Source: Bdellovibrio sp. (GTDB lineage Bacteria > Bdellovibrionota > UBA1018). From it: a DNA stretch of 52,846 nucleotides. Location of the stretch: the NCBI GenBank assembly GCA_016185105.1, contig JACPOE010000009.1:6448-59293 (forward strand), written 5' to 3'. Each line of letters opens with the position of its first letter. Position 1 is the stretch's first letter. This document shows, piece by piece, positions 1 through 10,607 of the stretch. The notes under the pieces were generated by a model. That model did no database searches. It saw only the letters and a list, made by a program, of their open reading frames with translations, and was not told the origin of the DNA. The position numbers and the translations under genes are program-made.

Positions 1-155
1 ACCTATCCATACTAGGCCTAAACAAAGTCCGATAAACTTTAGCCCTTTTAGGGGTTCTTTTGCTCTACCCATGAATGGCTATGTTTACCGTAAATCTTTG
101 GAATTTTATAGCTCAGGCTGGTTCAAATGAATGAAAAGAGCTAAAATAAGGGTCA

Positions 156-509
156 GTGAAGTTCCAAAACCTTTTACAGATCATCAAAGGCGCTCAGAAG
201 AATCACACTGGCTTTTCTCTCCGAATGCAGGAGGCCGAAGCGCTGGGCCGTTGGGATATTGCCGTAGGCGAGCAAATTGCCAAACACGCCAAAGCGGTCA
301 GGGTCCATGAATCCATTCTTTGGGTGGAAGTAGAGCATCCGATCTGGCGTGCAGAACTCCATTATAGAAAAAAACAAATCTTAGACATTCTTAATGGAAT
401 CACGCCGTGCGCCAGACCTGCTTTATCGGCGCCAAAAGAAATACTCAAAGACATTTGCTATTTAGATCCTAAACCGACTCGCAAGCCCTTTTTTCGTCAG
501 AAAAGATAG
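156..509 (+). CDS. DUF721 / DciA-like protein (helicase-loader family)
   Basis: 117-aa ORF with a GTG start preceded by AAGGG. The pattern WDIAVGEQIAKHAKAVRVHESILWVEVEHPIWRAELHYRKKQILDILN matches my recollection of DUF721. Confidence 0.5.
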   Translation: MKFQNLLQIIKGAQKNHTGFSLRMQEAEALGRWDIAVGEQIAKHAKAVRVHESILWVEVEHPIWRAELHYRKKQILDILNGITPCARPALSAPKEILKDICYLDPKPTRKPFFRQKR

Positions 510-511
510 GG

Positions 512-1204
512 CTATCGGTTAAATACCATTCTCACGATGACCCAAGCTAAAAAGATTCCGGCAAAACCAATCAGCCAGACGATGGCCTTTCCTCCCTTAT
601 GGGGTGGAGCGTTTGGATTTTCCTCCTCTGCTTCCCGCTGCGGCGGGCCAACCTGGATTTGTGCTTGCCCTTCAGAAGCCCCGTTTGATTTTTTCGCATT
701 TTGTGCCTGAACATGCTCAAGAAGGGGCTCAAAAATGCTTTTTCGTACTATGGTCCCCGTAATTGTTTTTTCCTGTTCAGCCGGTGGGCTTTTTCCCTGA
801 TTCGGCGCCGCAGCCGGGTCTGAACCAGCAGATTTCTCTTTCTTTGTTGAGGTCGGGATCTGGGTTTCAGTCACCTCATCGCCTGAGTTTGCTTTTGGCA
901 CCTGGACACCCAGAGCACTCTGAACTTCTGAGTATTCATGTAGGAAGATCCAGTAGCCATTAGCAGGACAGATTTCATCCTGAAGAGTTAATTTCCCCTC
1001 CAAGACCATCTTACGAACCTGATCTTTAAGGTAGGGGCCGGCCAGCCAATTGTCAGCCGTGCGGATTAACCATTGATCGGATGTTTCAGTGCTTTTGGGA
1101 TTATTTACGGGCTGTGTAGCATTCATAGTTTCAAGTATTCGGTTTTGTAGCTCTAGGATAAGAATATCCTTAGGGAATTCATCCGTAAACGATGAATGAA
1201 TCAC
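512..1204 (-). CDS. C-terminally membrane-anchored protein with GYF_2-like domain
   Basis: 230-aa ORF. The segment WLIRTADNWLAGPYLKDQVRKMVLEGKLTLQDEICPANGYWIFLHEY resembles GYF_2. It has a P/E/Q-rich linker and a C-terminal hydrophobic helix AIVWLIGFAGIFLAWVIV. Confidence 0.5.
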   Translation of the reverse strand: MIHSSFTDEFPKDILILELQNRILETMNATQPVNNPKSTETSDQWLIRTADNWLAGPYLKDQVRKMVLEGKLTLQDEICPANGYWIFLHEYSEVQSALGVQVPKANSGDEVTETQIPTSTKKEKSAGSDPAAAPNQGKSPPAEQEKTITGTIVRKSIFEPLLEHVQAQNAKKSNGASEGQAQIQVGPPQREAEEENPNAPPHKGGKAIVWLIGFAGIFLAWVIVRMVFNR

Positions 1205-1216
1205 CGACCCTTTTGA

Positions 1217-1993
1217 TTAGTTCTGAAAAGCACGAACGACACGACTCTCTGCATCAAGAAAGTGCTGAACTGCGGGGTGGGAAGAGTTTCTGAACTCACG
1301 AGGAGTCCCCCAGAAAACGATTTCCCCCTTATGCAAGAATGCGATCTGATCGGCGAGTAAGAGGGCAGAAGCAATGTCATGGCTAATCACAATTGAGGTC
1401 AATTTCAGTTCTTTTTTCAATCGATCAATTAAATCCTCGACCGTATTGCGGGTCACCGGGTCAAGCCCTGTGGTGGGCTCATCATAAAGTAAAATTGAGG
1501 GCTCACGAATTATGGCCCGCGCCAAACCTACCCGCTTTCGCATTCCACCCGAGAGTTCATTCGGATATTTATCCCAACCTCCTTCCATTCCCAAAAGAGA
1601 AAGAGTCGCCTTCACTCGCTCTGCAATTTCTGCGTCCGAGAGCGTGGTGTGCTCATAAAGGGGAAACGCTGCATTATCAAAAACAGTCAGATCATCAAAG
1701 AGTGCCGAATTCTGAAAAAGCATTCCAAATTTAAGGCGTAATTTTCCGAGCTCACTCTCCGGAAGAGCGGTCACTTCGGTGTTTCCCACCCAAATTTTTC
1801 CCGAGTCTGGCTTTAACAAACCCAAAAGATGTTTTAGCAGAACAGACTTACCGACCCCTGAGGGTCCTAAAATATAGGAAAGCTTCCCGGCTGGGAAGTC
1901 GAGGGAGACGCCCTTTAGAACAACATCCTTGCCCGAACGAAAACTCTTGTGCAGATTTTGAACGCGAATCGCTGGAGCTTCAGTGTTCTTCAT
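1217..1993 (-). CDS. ABC transporter ATP-binding protein, MlaF-like
   Basis: Walker A GPSGVGKS, signature LSGGMRKR, Walker B ILLYDEPTTGLD and H-loop ISHD. Overall pattern is like the Mla/Ttg2A ATPases. Confidence 0.9.
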   Translation of the reverse strand: MKNTEAPAIRVQNLHKSFRSGKDVVLKGVSLDFPAGKLSYILGPSGVGKSVLLKHLLGLLKPDSGKIWVGNTEVTALPESELGKLRLKFGMLFQNSALFDDLTVFDNAAFPLYEHTTLSDAEIAERVKATLSLLGMEGGWDKYPNELSGGMRKRVGLARAIIREPSILLYDEPTTGLDPVTRNTVEDLIDRLKKELKLTSIVISHDIASALLLADQIAFLHKGEIVFWGTPREFRNSSHPAVQHFLDAESRVVRAFQN

Positions 1994-3245
1994 TCCTTGG
2001 TTGTACCGTCGATCCTAAAGAAGTCAAATCCGAAGAACTTCCGTCGGGAGCCTTCCGGGGGGTCCCAAGAATCAAGAAATCCAACTCCGAAAAGAATTCC
2101 GAATTTTTCGGTGGATTGGGCTTGATGTTTTCCTCGTAAAAGCCTTCCTCTTGGACATTCTCTACGGGTGGGGGATTAAACACAGCCACGGGTAGAGGCA
2201 CCTTAACAACCGAGACGGGCGGTTTAAATTCCTGACTCAAGACCAGAAGCCGTTTTCTGAGAAAGCTGGCACAAAGCCACAGAGTGCTCCAAAGAACGAA
2301 AAATCCAAGAAATAAAATCCCTTTCTTTACTACGGACGCAGATACTTTAGGAAGACTGGCCTCAACGCTGATGACCAAAGGAAAATCTTCGATCAGCATG
2401 GCCACACGCTCGACCTGCTGATGATCAACTGAGGTTGTTTGGCCCTGCACCAGTTTGAGCTGCCCTTTAAACAGAGGTTTAACTTCTTCAAAGAGGGTCA
2501 ACTTGTGTAGGTCAGCACCCGCCAGAGATTTTTGGGAATGAGACAAAACACTTCCGTTTGAAGACAAAAGATAGCCTCTATATTTTCCATTTCCGCCGTG
2601 AAGGTGCCAACGATTGAAAACCACAAAGTAACTGGATGGATCAACAACAGCTAAAAAATAAGTCCCAGCGACATCCGGTTTTTTAAACAAAAAAGCAATC
2701 CACTCACCGCCCCCCGTGTCACCTTTGAGAAAGATCGCTGTTCGCCCATTAGATTGGTTGATCTGGCCTGGAGTGCCTAGCGCCGTTACTAGCACAGACT
2801 CCAAGAGAGTATCTGTATTGAAATAACGCGTAGGGACCCAGCGAGGACTTTGCGTCTTCCATTTTACCTGGGCTTTTCCGGAAGAACCCATCTCGACCTC
2901 AGCCTTTAAGACGATTCCTTCTGGGGGTAACCCTGGGCTCTTAACACTATCCATTGCCCATTCCGGATGAGAGGCTTCCAGCTGCAGAAGCCGAATTTCT
3001 GCCTCCAGCTGATCGGCCGCCATTTGGCCTTGAATCCTTAAGTCTTCTTTGATCGAAACCTGTCCGGGTGAGGTGCCACTACTTGCGCCCTCCAGATAGA
3101 ATCCAATTCCCACTCCCAAAAGTAGCGCTAAAGAAACTGGCAGAGAGATCACTGCTCCAATTTTTAGCGTCCGCATCAGCAATTGACTGAGTGTTTGAAC
3201 CTTTGGATCTGTTGAAGTGACTTGCGCATCCAATGAATCCTTCAT
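1980..3245 (-). CDS. two-TM membrane protein with large extracytoplasmic domain, unknown function
   Basis: Long ORF. The ATG at 3245 is preceded by GGAAGGGGGA, so I prefer it to the ORF-track start at 3263. TM helices are IGAVISLPVSLALLLGVGIGFYL and GILFLGFFVLWSTLWLCASFL. Its 3' end overlaps the MlaF-like gene start by 14 nt. Confidence 0.6.
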   Translation of the reverse strand: MKDSLDAQVTSTDPKVQTLSQLLMRTLKIGAVISLPVSLALLLGVGIGFYLEGASSGTSPGQVSIKEDLRIQGQMAADQLEAEIRLLQLEASHPEWAMDSVKSPGLPPEGIVLKAEVEMGSSGKAQVKWKTQSPRWVPTRYFNTDTLLESVLVTALGTPGQINQSNGRTAIFLKGDTGGGEWIAFLFKKPDVAGTYFLAVVDPSSYFVVFNRWHLHGGNGKYRGYLLSSNGSVLSHSQKSLAGADLHKLTLFEEVKPLFKGQLKLVQGQTTSVDHQQVERVAMLIEDFPLVISVEASLPKVSASVVKKGILFLGFFVLWSTLWLCASFLRKRLLVLSQEFKPPVSVVKVPLPVAVFNPPPVENVQEEGFYEENIKPNPPKNSEFFSELDFLILGTPRKAPDGSSSDLTSLGSTVQPRNEEH

Positions 3246-3377
3246 TCGAATCCCCCTTCCCATTTCTGAAAAGCTGGAAAAAAATCTCGCCTATTGTGCG
3301 GACACTGGACATCAGTTTCATTCTAGCATAATCCAGCCGCTGTAGCGCATCCGCCATTTCTCAAGAGGTGTCCTTTG

Positions 3378-5021
3378 ATGTCAAAAACTGAGAAGTCTCC
3401 AATTCTGATTCTAGGTACTGGAATTGCGGGACTCAGCACCGCACTTAAATTTGCGAAAAACTCTCAAGTCACACTGGTTTGCAAAGCTGACCGAGCCGAG
3501 GGAGCAACGCGTTATGCTCAAGGCGGAATTGCGTCGGTCTGGTCGAAAAAGGATAGCTTTGAGGAACATAAGAAAGACACCCTTATTGCAGGTGCCGGAC
3601 TGTGTCATCCTGATATTGTGGACCTTTGTGTTCGAGAAGGACCCTCTCGCGTTCAAGAGCTGATTGATCTGGGAGTTGAATTCACCAAGTCTCATTTAGC
3701 CCCTACTGACTCAGCCACCTCATCAGATGCAATGGACCCTACTGAAGTCTTCGACTTGCACCGAGAGGGCGGGCACGGCCAGCGAAGAATCCTCCACTCC
3801 GATGATATGACTGGGTGGGCAATCGAGAAGGCCCTTTTGCAGCAAGTCTCTCAAAATCCAAATATTCGGATTCTCGAAAACCATGTGGCAATTGATCTGA
3901 TCACGGAGGGTAAAGCGTTTAAAAAAGGAGTGAAAAACGGACGGTGTCTTGGAGCCTACGTACTGGACACTGCCACAGGCCAGGTGCTGACTCTCGATGC
4001 GAGGCTGACGGTTCTTGCCACTGGGGGTGCAGGCAAAGTCTATCTCTATACTTCAAATCCCGACACCGCCACGGGTGATGGAATTGCAATGGCCTACCGA
4101 GCTGGCGCTTCCGTTTCTAATCTAGAATTTGTCCAATTTCACCCGACGTGTCTTTATCATCCCGGAGCAAAGACCTTTCTCATTTCTGAGGCTCTCAGAG
4201 GTGAAGGCGCAGTGCTCAGGACTTTGTCTGGCGAAGAGTTCATGAAAAACCACCACCCGCTTGGCTCGCTTGCACCTCGGGATATTGTGGCACGAGCGAT
4301 CGACATTGAAATGAAGAAAAGCGGTGACAAAAACGTCTTACTAGACTGCTCTTCAATTCCCAGAAATGAGTTGAAGTCGAAGTTTCCAAACATATATGAA
4401 TCCTGTTTAAAATATGGAATCGACATCACAACTCAAGCTATTCCCGTGGTCCCCGCCGCGCACTACACCTGCGGTGGAGTGCAAGTGAATGAATACGGAG
4501 AAACTTCCTTGGAAGACCTATTTGCATTGGGCGAAGTCGCCTGCACGGGGCTTCATGGTGCAAATCGACTGGCCAGCAACTCGCTTTTAGAAGCTGTTGT
4601 TTTTGCGCAACGTGTTTTTGAAAAAGCCCAGGTGAAGCTAAAAAGTTCACCGCCGGTTTTGGATCTCCCCCCTATTCCTCAATGGGACACAGGCCACGCA
4701 GTTGAACTGGAAGAACAAATCGATATCGCTGCGAATTGGCGGGAAATTCGAAGTCTAATGTGGAACTACGTCGGAATTGTGCGAAGCAACCGTCGCTTGG
4801 AGCGAGCAAAAAGGCGCCTGGAGCTTCTAAAAAAAGAAATCAACGAATACTATTGGGGCTTTTTGCTCACCCGAGATCTCATTGAGTTGCGAAACCTACT
4901 TACGGTAGCAGAACTAATAGTCGAGTGTGCCTCAAAAAGAAAAGAAAGCCGTGGCCTTCATTTCACAGTTGATTTCCCAAATAAAAACGATGCTCACGGG
5001 CCCCAGGATACTGTGATCTAA
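3378..5021 (+). CDS. nadB: L-aspartate oxidase
   Basis: FAD motif ILGTGIAGLS, plus YAQGGIA, HPT and GANRLASNSLLE. Length is about 547 aa. Confidence 0.95.
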   Translation: MSKTEKSPILILGTGIAGLSTALKFAKNSQVTLVCKADRAEGATRYAQGGIASVWSKKDSFEEHKKDTLIAGAGLCHPDIVDLCVREGPSRVQELIDLGVEFTKSHLAPTDSATSSDAMDPTEVFDLHREGGHGQRRILHSDDMTGWAIEKALLQQVSQNPNIRILENHVAIDLITEGKAFKKGVKNGRCLGAYVLDTATGQVLTLDARLTVLATGGAGKVYLYTSNPDTATGDGIAMAYRAGASVSNLEFVQFHPTCLYHPGAKTFLISEALRGEGAVLRTLSGEEFMKNHHPLGSLAPRDIVARAIDIEMKKSGDKNVLLDCSSIPRNELKSKFPNIYESCLKYGIDITTQAIPVVPAAHYTCGGVQVNEYGETSLEDLFALGEVACTGLHGANRLASNSLLEAVVFAQRVFEKAQVKLKSSPPVLDLPPIPQWDTGHAVELEEQIDIAANWREIRSLMWNYVGIVRSNRRLERAKRRLELLKKEINEYYWGFLLTRDLIELRNLLTVAELIVECASKRKESRGLHFTVDFPNKNDAHGPQDTVI

Positions 5022-6013
5022 ACTGCTTTCTGAACAAAGGGATGCGCGTGGATCCATTTCCCGATCTCGCCAATGATTTCCTCTTTATTGACCTCATTAA
5101 GGGGTTCATGAAACGAATCTGCAAACGTCTTCAAAACTTTTTCTCGGTGTTTAAGATTCCTAAAAAATTCGAGCGCCACATCCGAGTCGACAATCTTATC
5201 TTGCATCGGAACAATCAATAACATTGGAAAATGAAATCCTGAATCCCGTTTCAGAGTATCCGCCATAGCACTTTCGAGGCTAACGAAGAACTTCGGCGTC
5301 ACTTTCAAATGAACCAACCGATCTTTCATATAGGCTTGACCCACTTCAGAATCATGGGAAAGATGCGAAGGATCCAAGGTTGAGGTCAGTTGCAAGGATC
5401 CCCAGGTCTTCGCCAAAAATCCACTTAGGGCTTTTTTCACAGGCGGAACTTTCATTCGAATGCCAAGAAGGGGCGCAGAAATTGTCGCAGAAAGAAGCGG
5501 TAATGTGGAATGTTTCAAACAAGTTCTAAGACCAATTAACCCCCCCATACTGTGCCCCAGTAAGTGGATCTCAGAATGGCCAAAACGCTTTTTCAACATT
5601 TCGTCCAAACGGCTGATCACTAATGCCGCATCATCCGAGTACAAATCAAAGTCTTCAACATGCCCCCTTAAGCCTTCAGAACGTCCATGTCCGCGATGAT
5701 CTAAACAGTAAATAGCGTCTACTTCATTTTGCAGATAATGAGGAAGATGAAGGTACCTGCCCCCGTGTTCCCCTAAGCCGTGGAGAACAACCAGCACCTT
5801 TGGAGTCTTCCAGTTTTTCTTATGATGCAAAACTCCAAAGAGTTGCAGAGCTCCATCCGAACTTGCGAGGGTCTCCCATTCAGATTCCCAATCTGCGGGA
5901 AGCGGAGGAAAACCTTGAGGCTGAAGAATTCCTCCATAGCTATTCTGAGACTCACCCAGTTTTGATTTAGTTTGATTAGCGGAAGTATCACCCTTTTGAT
6001 TCATCATCTGCAT
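5018..6013 (-). CDS. alpha/beta hydrolase (lysophospholipase / monoacylglycerol-lipase-like)
   Basis: HGLGEHGGRY oxyanion region and nucleophile elbow GHSMGG. The start is ambiguous: I chose the ATG at 6013, but the ORF extends to 6091. Confidence 0.8.
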   Translation of the reverse strand: MQMMNQKGDTSANQTKSKLGESQNSYGGILQPQGFPPLPADWESEWETLASSDGALQLFGVLHHKKNWKTPKVLVVLHGLGEHGGRYLHLPHYLQNEVDAIYCLDHRGHGRSEGLRGHVEDFDLYSDDAALVISRLDEMLKKRFGHSEIHLLGHSMGGLIGLRTCLKHSTLPLLSATISAPLLGIRMKVPPVKKALSGFLAKTWGSLQLTSTLDPSHLSHDSEVGQAYMKDRLVHLKVTPKFFVSLESAMADTLKRDSGFHFPMLLIVPMQDKIVDSDVALEFFRNLKHREKVLKTFADSFHEPLNEVNKEEIIGEIGKWIHAHPFVQKAV

Positions 6014-6089
6014 TCGGCCCAAATACCACACGTGCGAGAGGCTTGGAAAAAAATTGGACACTCGAGTTGGTTTGGGAAATGATCCCCCC

Positions 6090-7868
6090 ATGGCTCAACC
6101 AACGAGATGGACGCTTTTTAGCGTAGGTCTAGTTTTTCTGTTCCTTAACGCAGCTGCTTTTTCTGAAATCCCAAGCCCACTGGACACGCCGGGCGGCCCT
6201 AAAGACGTAACGCGCAGCCGCTACACGCCCGGAATTGGCACACGAGGAATGGTGGTCTCAGACGACCAGGTCGCCTCCGAATGGGGAGCCGAAATACTAA
6301 GACAAGGAGGAAACGCAGTTGATGCTGCGGTCGCAACGGCCTTCGCCCTTGCAGTAACTCGACCTCATTTTGCATCCCTAGGAGGCGGTGGATTTCTCCT
6401 TTACTGTCCCAAGGCAAAAGCAAAAACGTCCTCTCCTTGTACGGTCATTGACTACCGAGAAAAAGCGCCCGGGGCCAGCACTAGAGACATGTACTACAAA
6501 GAGGGGACTTCTCGCACTGACCTGTCTCAAAATGGCACCCTGGCAAGCGGTGTTCCCGGCGTGCCCGCAGGACTCCTGCTCGCCCTTGAAAAATTTGGTC
6601 GAACACAACGCCAAAAACTGCTTCACCGGCCTATTCAAATTGCCGAGCGCGGATACCTCTTCACACCTCAGTCTGAAAGCTCGGCCTATTCACGCTGGGA
6701 TTTTATGAACCCGGCTGCAAGAAAGATCTTTGGATGCAAAGGAGGCACGAACTCCCAAACCGTCCCCTGTCCGGCTGGAACTATTATTAAACAACCGGAG
6801 TTAGCTAATACTTTGCGAGCTATTTCCAGAAAAGGAGTTCAAGGTTTTTACACCGGCGAAGTTGCAAAAAAAATAACTCATGGAATTCAAAGCGGGGGTG
6901 GAATTCTAAGCCTTCAGGACCTTGCGAACTACAAACCGACAATACGAACCCCGCTTCACGGCCACTTTTCGGACTGGGACGTTGTAACTATGCCTCCCCC
7001 ATCCTCGGGCGGAGGAATCTTGCTTCAACTCTTAGCGTACACGGACAGAGCCAATAAAATGGGTGCGTTTAAAAATGGTCCAGGCTCACCCGAGAGTATG
7101 CACGCGATCATTCATGCCATGTCACTGGCTTTTGCAGACCGAGCACACCATTATGGCGATCCTGACTTTGTTGCAAACCCCCTGAAATACCTACTGAGAC
7201 CAGAATACTTGGATGAAAGATGGAAAACCTTTCGGGTAGCGAAAGCGTCGCTTCCTAAAGAGCCCGGTGAAATCCCAAATGAACCTGAACACACTACCCA
7301 TTTGTCCGTCATCGACAAGGATGGCAACGCAGTGGCTCTAACGACAACCGTAAATGACTTTTGGGGGTCGGGATTTGTCCCCCCAGGTACCGGAGTCGTC
7401 ATGAATAATCAAATGGACGATTTCAGTGTACACCCCGGCACCCCGAATTTGTTTCGCCTGGTCGGAGACGAGGCTAACGCGATTCAGCCTGGCAAGAGAC
7501 CCCTCAGCTCAATGACCCCTACTATTCTTAGAGACGCAGAAGGTAATAATCAAATCGTCATCGGAGCGGCCGGTGGCCCCCGGATTCCAACCTCGGTCTA
7601 CCTCTCTCTTTTGAATCATCTGGTTTTTAATATGACACTTCCTGATGCTGTGGCAGCCCCTCGATTTCATCACCAGTGGAAACCCGAGGCGGTTGTACTA
7701 GAGACCAACGGATTTACGCTAGAAACCCACAAAGCTCTTAAAGAGAAAGGGTACACCTTTGGTCAATGGAATATTAGAGGCCTAATTCACGCCATTAGGC
7801 GTTACCCGAATGGAAGAGTCTGGGGAGTCGCTGACCCACGCGGAGAAGGAGCCTCAGCAGGTGAATAG
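6090..7868 (+). CDS. ggt: gamma-glutamyltransferase
   Basis: Signal-like N-terminus MAQPTRWTLFSVGLVFLFLNAAAFS, autoprocessing/catalytic Thr context EHTTHLSVIDKDGNAVALTTTVN, and GGPRIPT. Confidence 0.92.
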   Translation: MAQPTRWTLFSVGLVFLFLNAAAFSEIPSPLDTPGGPKDVTRSRYTPGIGTRGMVVSDDQVASEWGAEILRQGGNAVDAAVATAFALAVTRPHFASLGGGGFLLYCPKAKAKTSSPCTVIDYREKAPGASTRDMYYKEGTSRTDLSQNGTLASGVPGVPAGLLLALEKFGRTQRQKLLHRPIQIAERGYLFTPQSESSAYSRWDFMNPAARKIFGCKGGTNSQTVPCPAGTIIKQPELANTLRAISRKGVQGFYTGEVAKKITHGIQSGGGILSLQDLANYKPTIRTPLHGHFSDWDVVTMPPPSSGGGILLQLLAYTDRANKMGAFKNGPGSPESMHAIIHAMSLAFADRAHHYGDPDFVANPLKYLLRPEYLDERWKTFRVAKASLPKEPGEIPNEPEHTTHLSVIDKDGNAVALTTTVNDFWGSGFVPPGTGVVMNNQMDDFSVHPGTPNLFRLVGDEANAIQPGKRPLSSMTPTILRDAEGNNQIVIGAAGGPRIPTSVYLSLLNHLVFNMTLPDAVAAPRFHHQWKPEAVVLETNGFTLETHKALKEKGYTFGQWNIRGLIHAIRRYPNGRVWGVADPRGEGASAGE

Positions 7869-7906
7869 CTCAAAATCCGTTGCCGAAACTAGCCCGACCC
7901 CTTTCT

Positions 7907-8569
7907 CTAAAATCGCATTTCGGGGACGTCTGCAGGCACAATCAGTTTAGCTGCGGTAGCTTTTTTAACTTCTTCCACTGAAACTCCCGGGGCCCTTTCC
8001 AGCAGCTTCAGACCATCCGAGGTCACTTCAATCACCGCTAGCTCTGTAACAATTTTTTTGACGACGCCAATCCCTGTAAGAGGCAGAGTGCACTTAGGAA
8101 GAATCTTACTCACTCCTTCTTTCGAGACATGTTGCATAGCCACAATAACATTGCGTGCCCCGGCAACTAGATCCATAGCACCGCCCATGCCTTTAACTAC
8201 TTTTCCAGGAATCATCCAATTCGCAATACTACCTTTTTCATCCACTTCCATGGCCCCTAGTACGGTAAGATCCACATGACCACCCCGAATCATGGCAAAA
8301 GAATCTGCACTGGAAAAAAAAGAAGACCCTGGCATAGTGGTCACAGTCTCCTTGCCAGCATTGATCAAGTCGGGATCAACCTCTGATTCCGAGGGAAACG
8401 GGCCGATGCCGAGCAGTCCATTTTCACTCTGCAAAATTACAGTCATTCCCTTAGGAATGTAATTCGCTACCAGAGTCGGAATTCCAATTCCTAAATTGAC
8501 ATAATACCCATCTTGAAGTTCTTGCGCGATTCGCTGTGCAATTTGTTCTCTGCCTAGACCTTTAGCCAT
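7907..8569 (-). CDS. scoB: 3-oxoacid CoA-transferase subunit B
   Basis: [26 protein letters not shown] and the [10 protein letters not shown] motif. The ATG at 8569 overlaps the scoA stop. Confidence 0.9.
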   Translation of the reverse strand: MAKGLGREQIAQRIAQELQDGYYVNLGIGIPTLVANYIPKGMTVILQSENGLLGIGPFPSESEVDPDLINAGKETVTTMPGSSFFSSADSFAMIRGGHVDLTVLGAMEVDEKGSIANWMIPGKVVKGMGGAMDLVAGARNVIVAMQHVSKEGVSKILPKCTLPLTGIGVVKKIVTELAVIEVTSDGLKLLERAPGVSVEEVKKATAAKLIVPADVPEMRF

Positions 8570-9260
8570 TTCGCACCGTCCGTTTTTCAATTCTCTTTTG
8601 ATAATTCACACCCTTAAAAATTCTCTTTACATAAATTCCAGGAAGGTGAATCTGATCGGGATCTAATGCGCCAACAGGAACAAGTTCTTCAACCTCAGCT
8701 ATAGTAATCTTCCCGGCTGTCGCGACAACAGGGTTAAAGTTTCTAGCGGTCTTGCGAAAAACTAAATTTCCCATCGCATCACCCTTCCAGGCCTTGACGA
8801 GCGCAAAATCAGCTTTCAACGCCCTCTCTAGAACATAGGTACGTCCATCGAATTCCCGAGTATCCTTACCATCAGCGACGGGGGTCCCCACTCCAGTTGG
8901 GGTATAGAAAGCCGCAATTCCCGCACCCGCAGCACGGAGCTTTTCCGCCAATGTGCCCTGAGGAGTCAGCTCAACATCAAGCTCGCCGGACAAGACAAGA
9001 GCTTCGAACTTTTTATTCTCGCCAACATAACTCGAGATCATCTTACGAACCTGACCCCGTTGCAGCAGGAGACCAATTCCAAAATCATCCACGCCAGCAT
9101 TGTTTGAAATACAGGTCAAATTCTTCACCCCTTTTTCAACCAAAGCCGCAATACAGTTTTCCGGTATTCCGCAAAGTCCAAATCCACCAATCGCGAGGAC
9201 AGCACCGTCCGAAATATCCTGAACCGCTTCCCTAGCGTCTGTCTTAATTTTTTTTACCAT
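8562..9260 (-). CDS. scoA: 3-oxoacid CoA-transferase subunit A
   Basis: [10 protein letters not shown] motif, 232 aa, immediately upstream of scoB. Confidence 0.9.
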   Translation of the reverse strand: MVKKIKTDAREAVQDISDGAVLAIGGFGLCGIPENCIAALVEKGVKNLTCISNNAGVDDFGIGLLLQRGQVRKMISSYVGENKKFEALVLSGELDVELTPQGTLAEKLRAAGAGIAAFYTPTGVGTPVADGKDTREFDGRTYVLERALKADFALVKAWKGDAMGNLVFRKTARNFNPVVATAGKITIAEVEELVPVGALDPDQIHLPGIYVKRIFKGVNYQKRIEKRTVRNG

Positions 9261-9272
9261 TGGATGCCTTTC

Positions 9273-10454
9273 CTATCCCAGACGTTCGACACAAATCGCA
9301 GTGGCTTCACCGCCACCAATACAAATTCCTGCGATGCCTTTCTTTAGTCCCCTGTCCTGAAGAGCTGAAAGCAAAGTTACCAAAATTCTCGCACCGCTAG
9401 CTCCAATTGGATGTCCGAGAGAGATGGCGCCACCCCACACATTGAGCTTGTTGTGAGGAATCCCAAGATCTTTCTGTGCGGCAAGGGCCACCACGGCAAA
9501 AGCCTCGTTCACTTCAAAAAGGTCAACATCACTGACGCTCCAGGCAGCCTTTTTCAGCGCCTTTTTCATCGCATCAGCTGGAGCTGTTGTGAACCATTCG
9601 GGGTCCTGAGCGTGACTTCCGTAGGACACGACTCGAGCTAAAGGTTTTAGACCTTTTTTCTGAGCAGCCTGAGCAGACATCAAAACAAGTGCTGCTGCGC
9701 CATCATTAATAGTGGAAGCGTTGGCTGCAGTAACCGACCCCTGCTTGTCAAAAACTGGTTTCAATGTAGGAATTTTTTCGAACTGAACTTTACCAGGTCC
9801 TTCATCTGAATCGACCCGTTGGACATCGCCTTTTTTCCCTGGAATCTCAATGGATACAATTTCATTCTGAAATTTCCCGGCCTTTTGAGCTGCTTGCGCC
9901 CTGCGAAAACTCTCAGCCGCAAAGTCATCCTGCTCCTGTCGGGAAAACTTTCTTTCACGCGCACAAAGTTCGGCACAGTTTCCCATGTGCTGCTGATTAT
10001 AGGGGTCCCAAAGACCATCTAGAATCATAGAATCCACCATGGTCTGATGTCCCATTCTAAAACCAGTTCTCGCACCGGACATGAGGTAGGGAGCCATGCT
10101 CATATTTTCCATCCCACCGGCGACTACGACTTCGGAGTCTCCAAGAAGAATCGATTGAACACCAAGCATGACTGCTTTCATTCCGCTTCCACAAACTTTA
10201 TTGAGAGTCAGAGCGGGTACAGACTTAGGCAGTCCAGAAAAAATCGCTGCCTGCCTTGCCGGGGCTTGACCTTCGCCTGCGGTCAACACATTTCCAAGAA
10301 TCACCTCTGAAACGTCCTGCGGAGTTAATCCGGCCCTCTTCAAAGCGGCCTCAATCGCATAGGCTCCCAGCTTCGGCGCTGGCAAAGAAGACAAGGCCCC
10401 TTGAAAACTACCGAGTGCTGTTCTGGCTACTCCGACTATGACCGCTTCGTTCAT
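9273..10454 (-). CDS. acetyl-CoA C-acetyltransferase (thiolase II)
   Basis: Active-site Cys context NKVCGSGMKA, C-terminal GICIGGGEATA, 393 aa. Confidence 0.93.
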   Translation of the reverse strand: MNEAVIVGVARTALGSFQGALSSLPAPKLGAYAIEAALKRAGLTPQDVSEVILGNVLTAGEGQAPARQAAIFSGLPKSVPALTLNKVCGSGMKAVMLGVQSILLGDSEVVVAGGMENMSMAPYLMSGARTGFRMGHQTMVDSMILDGLWDPYNQQHMGNCAELCARERKFSRQEQDDFAAESFRRAQAAQKAGKFQNEIVSIEIPGKKGDVQRVDSDEGPGKVQFEKIPTLKPVFDKQGSVTAANASTINDGAAALVLMSAQAAQKKGLKPLARVVSYGSHAQDPEWFTTAPADAMKKALKKAAWSVSDVDLFEVNEAFAVVALAAQKDLGIPHNKLNVWGGAISLGHPIGASGARILVTLLSALQDRGLKKGIAGICIGGGEATAICVERLG

Positions 10455-10607
10455 AAATTCTCCTTGGATTAAGGTTCTTAAGTGAGCGTCAAACTAACTG
10501 CTGCTGGAGCAAATTTCAAAAGAATTACGACTGTTTTAATTGACAATCAGACTTCAGTAATCGTTTCATCTTGCCACCGGCGTCTGGCCGGTTTAAAAAG
10601 TGGACCT

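Noticed and set aside
6054-6091. An apparent 38-nt overlap of the divergent hydrolase and ggt ORFs, with a CCATGG palindrome giving an ATG on both strands at 6089-6092.
   Set aside because: It is most simply explained by over-extended ORFs. The ggt signal peptide starts at the ATG at 6090, and the hydrolase has internal ATGs at 6013, 6007 and 6004. I do not treat this as genuine overlapping divergent genes.
10482-10607. A GTG-initiated 42-codon extension of the HtrA-family protease.
   Set aside because: The ATG at 10608 yields a typical signal or anchor sequence. The extension has no such features and lies in the divergent promoter region shared with the thiolase gene.
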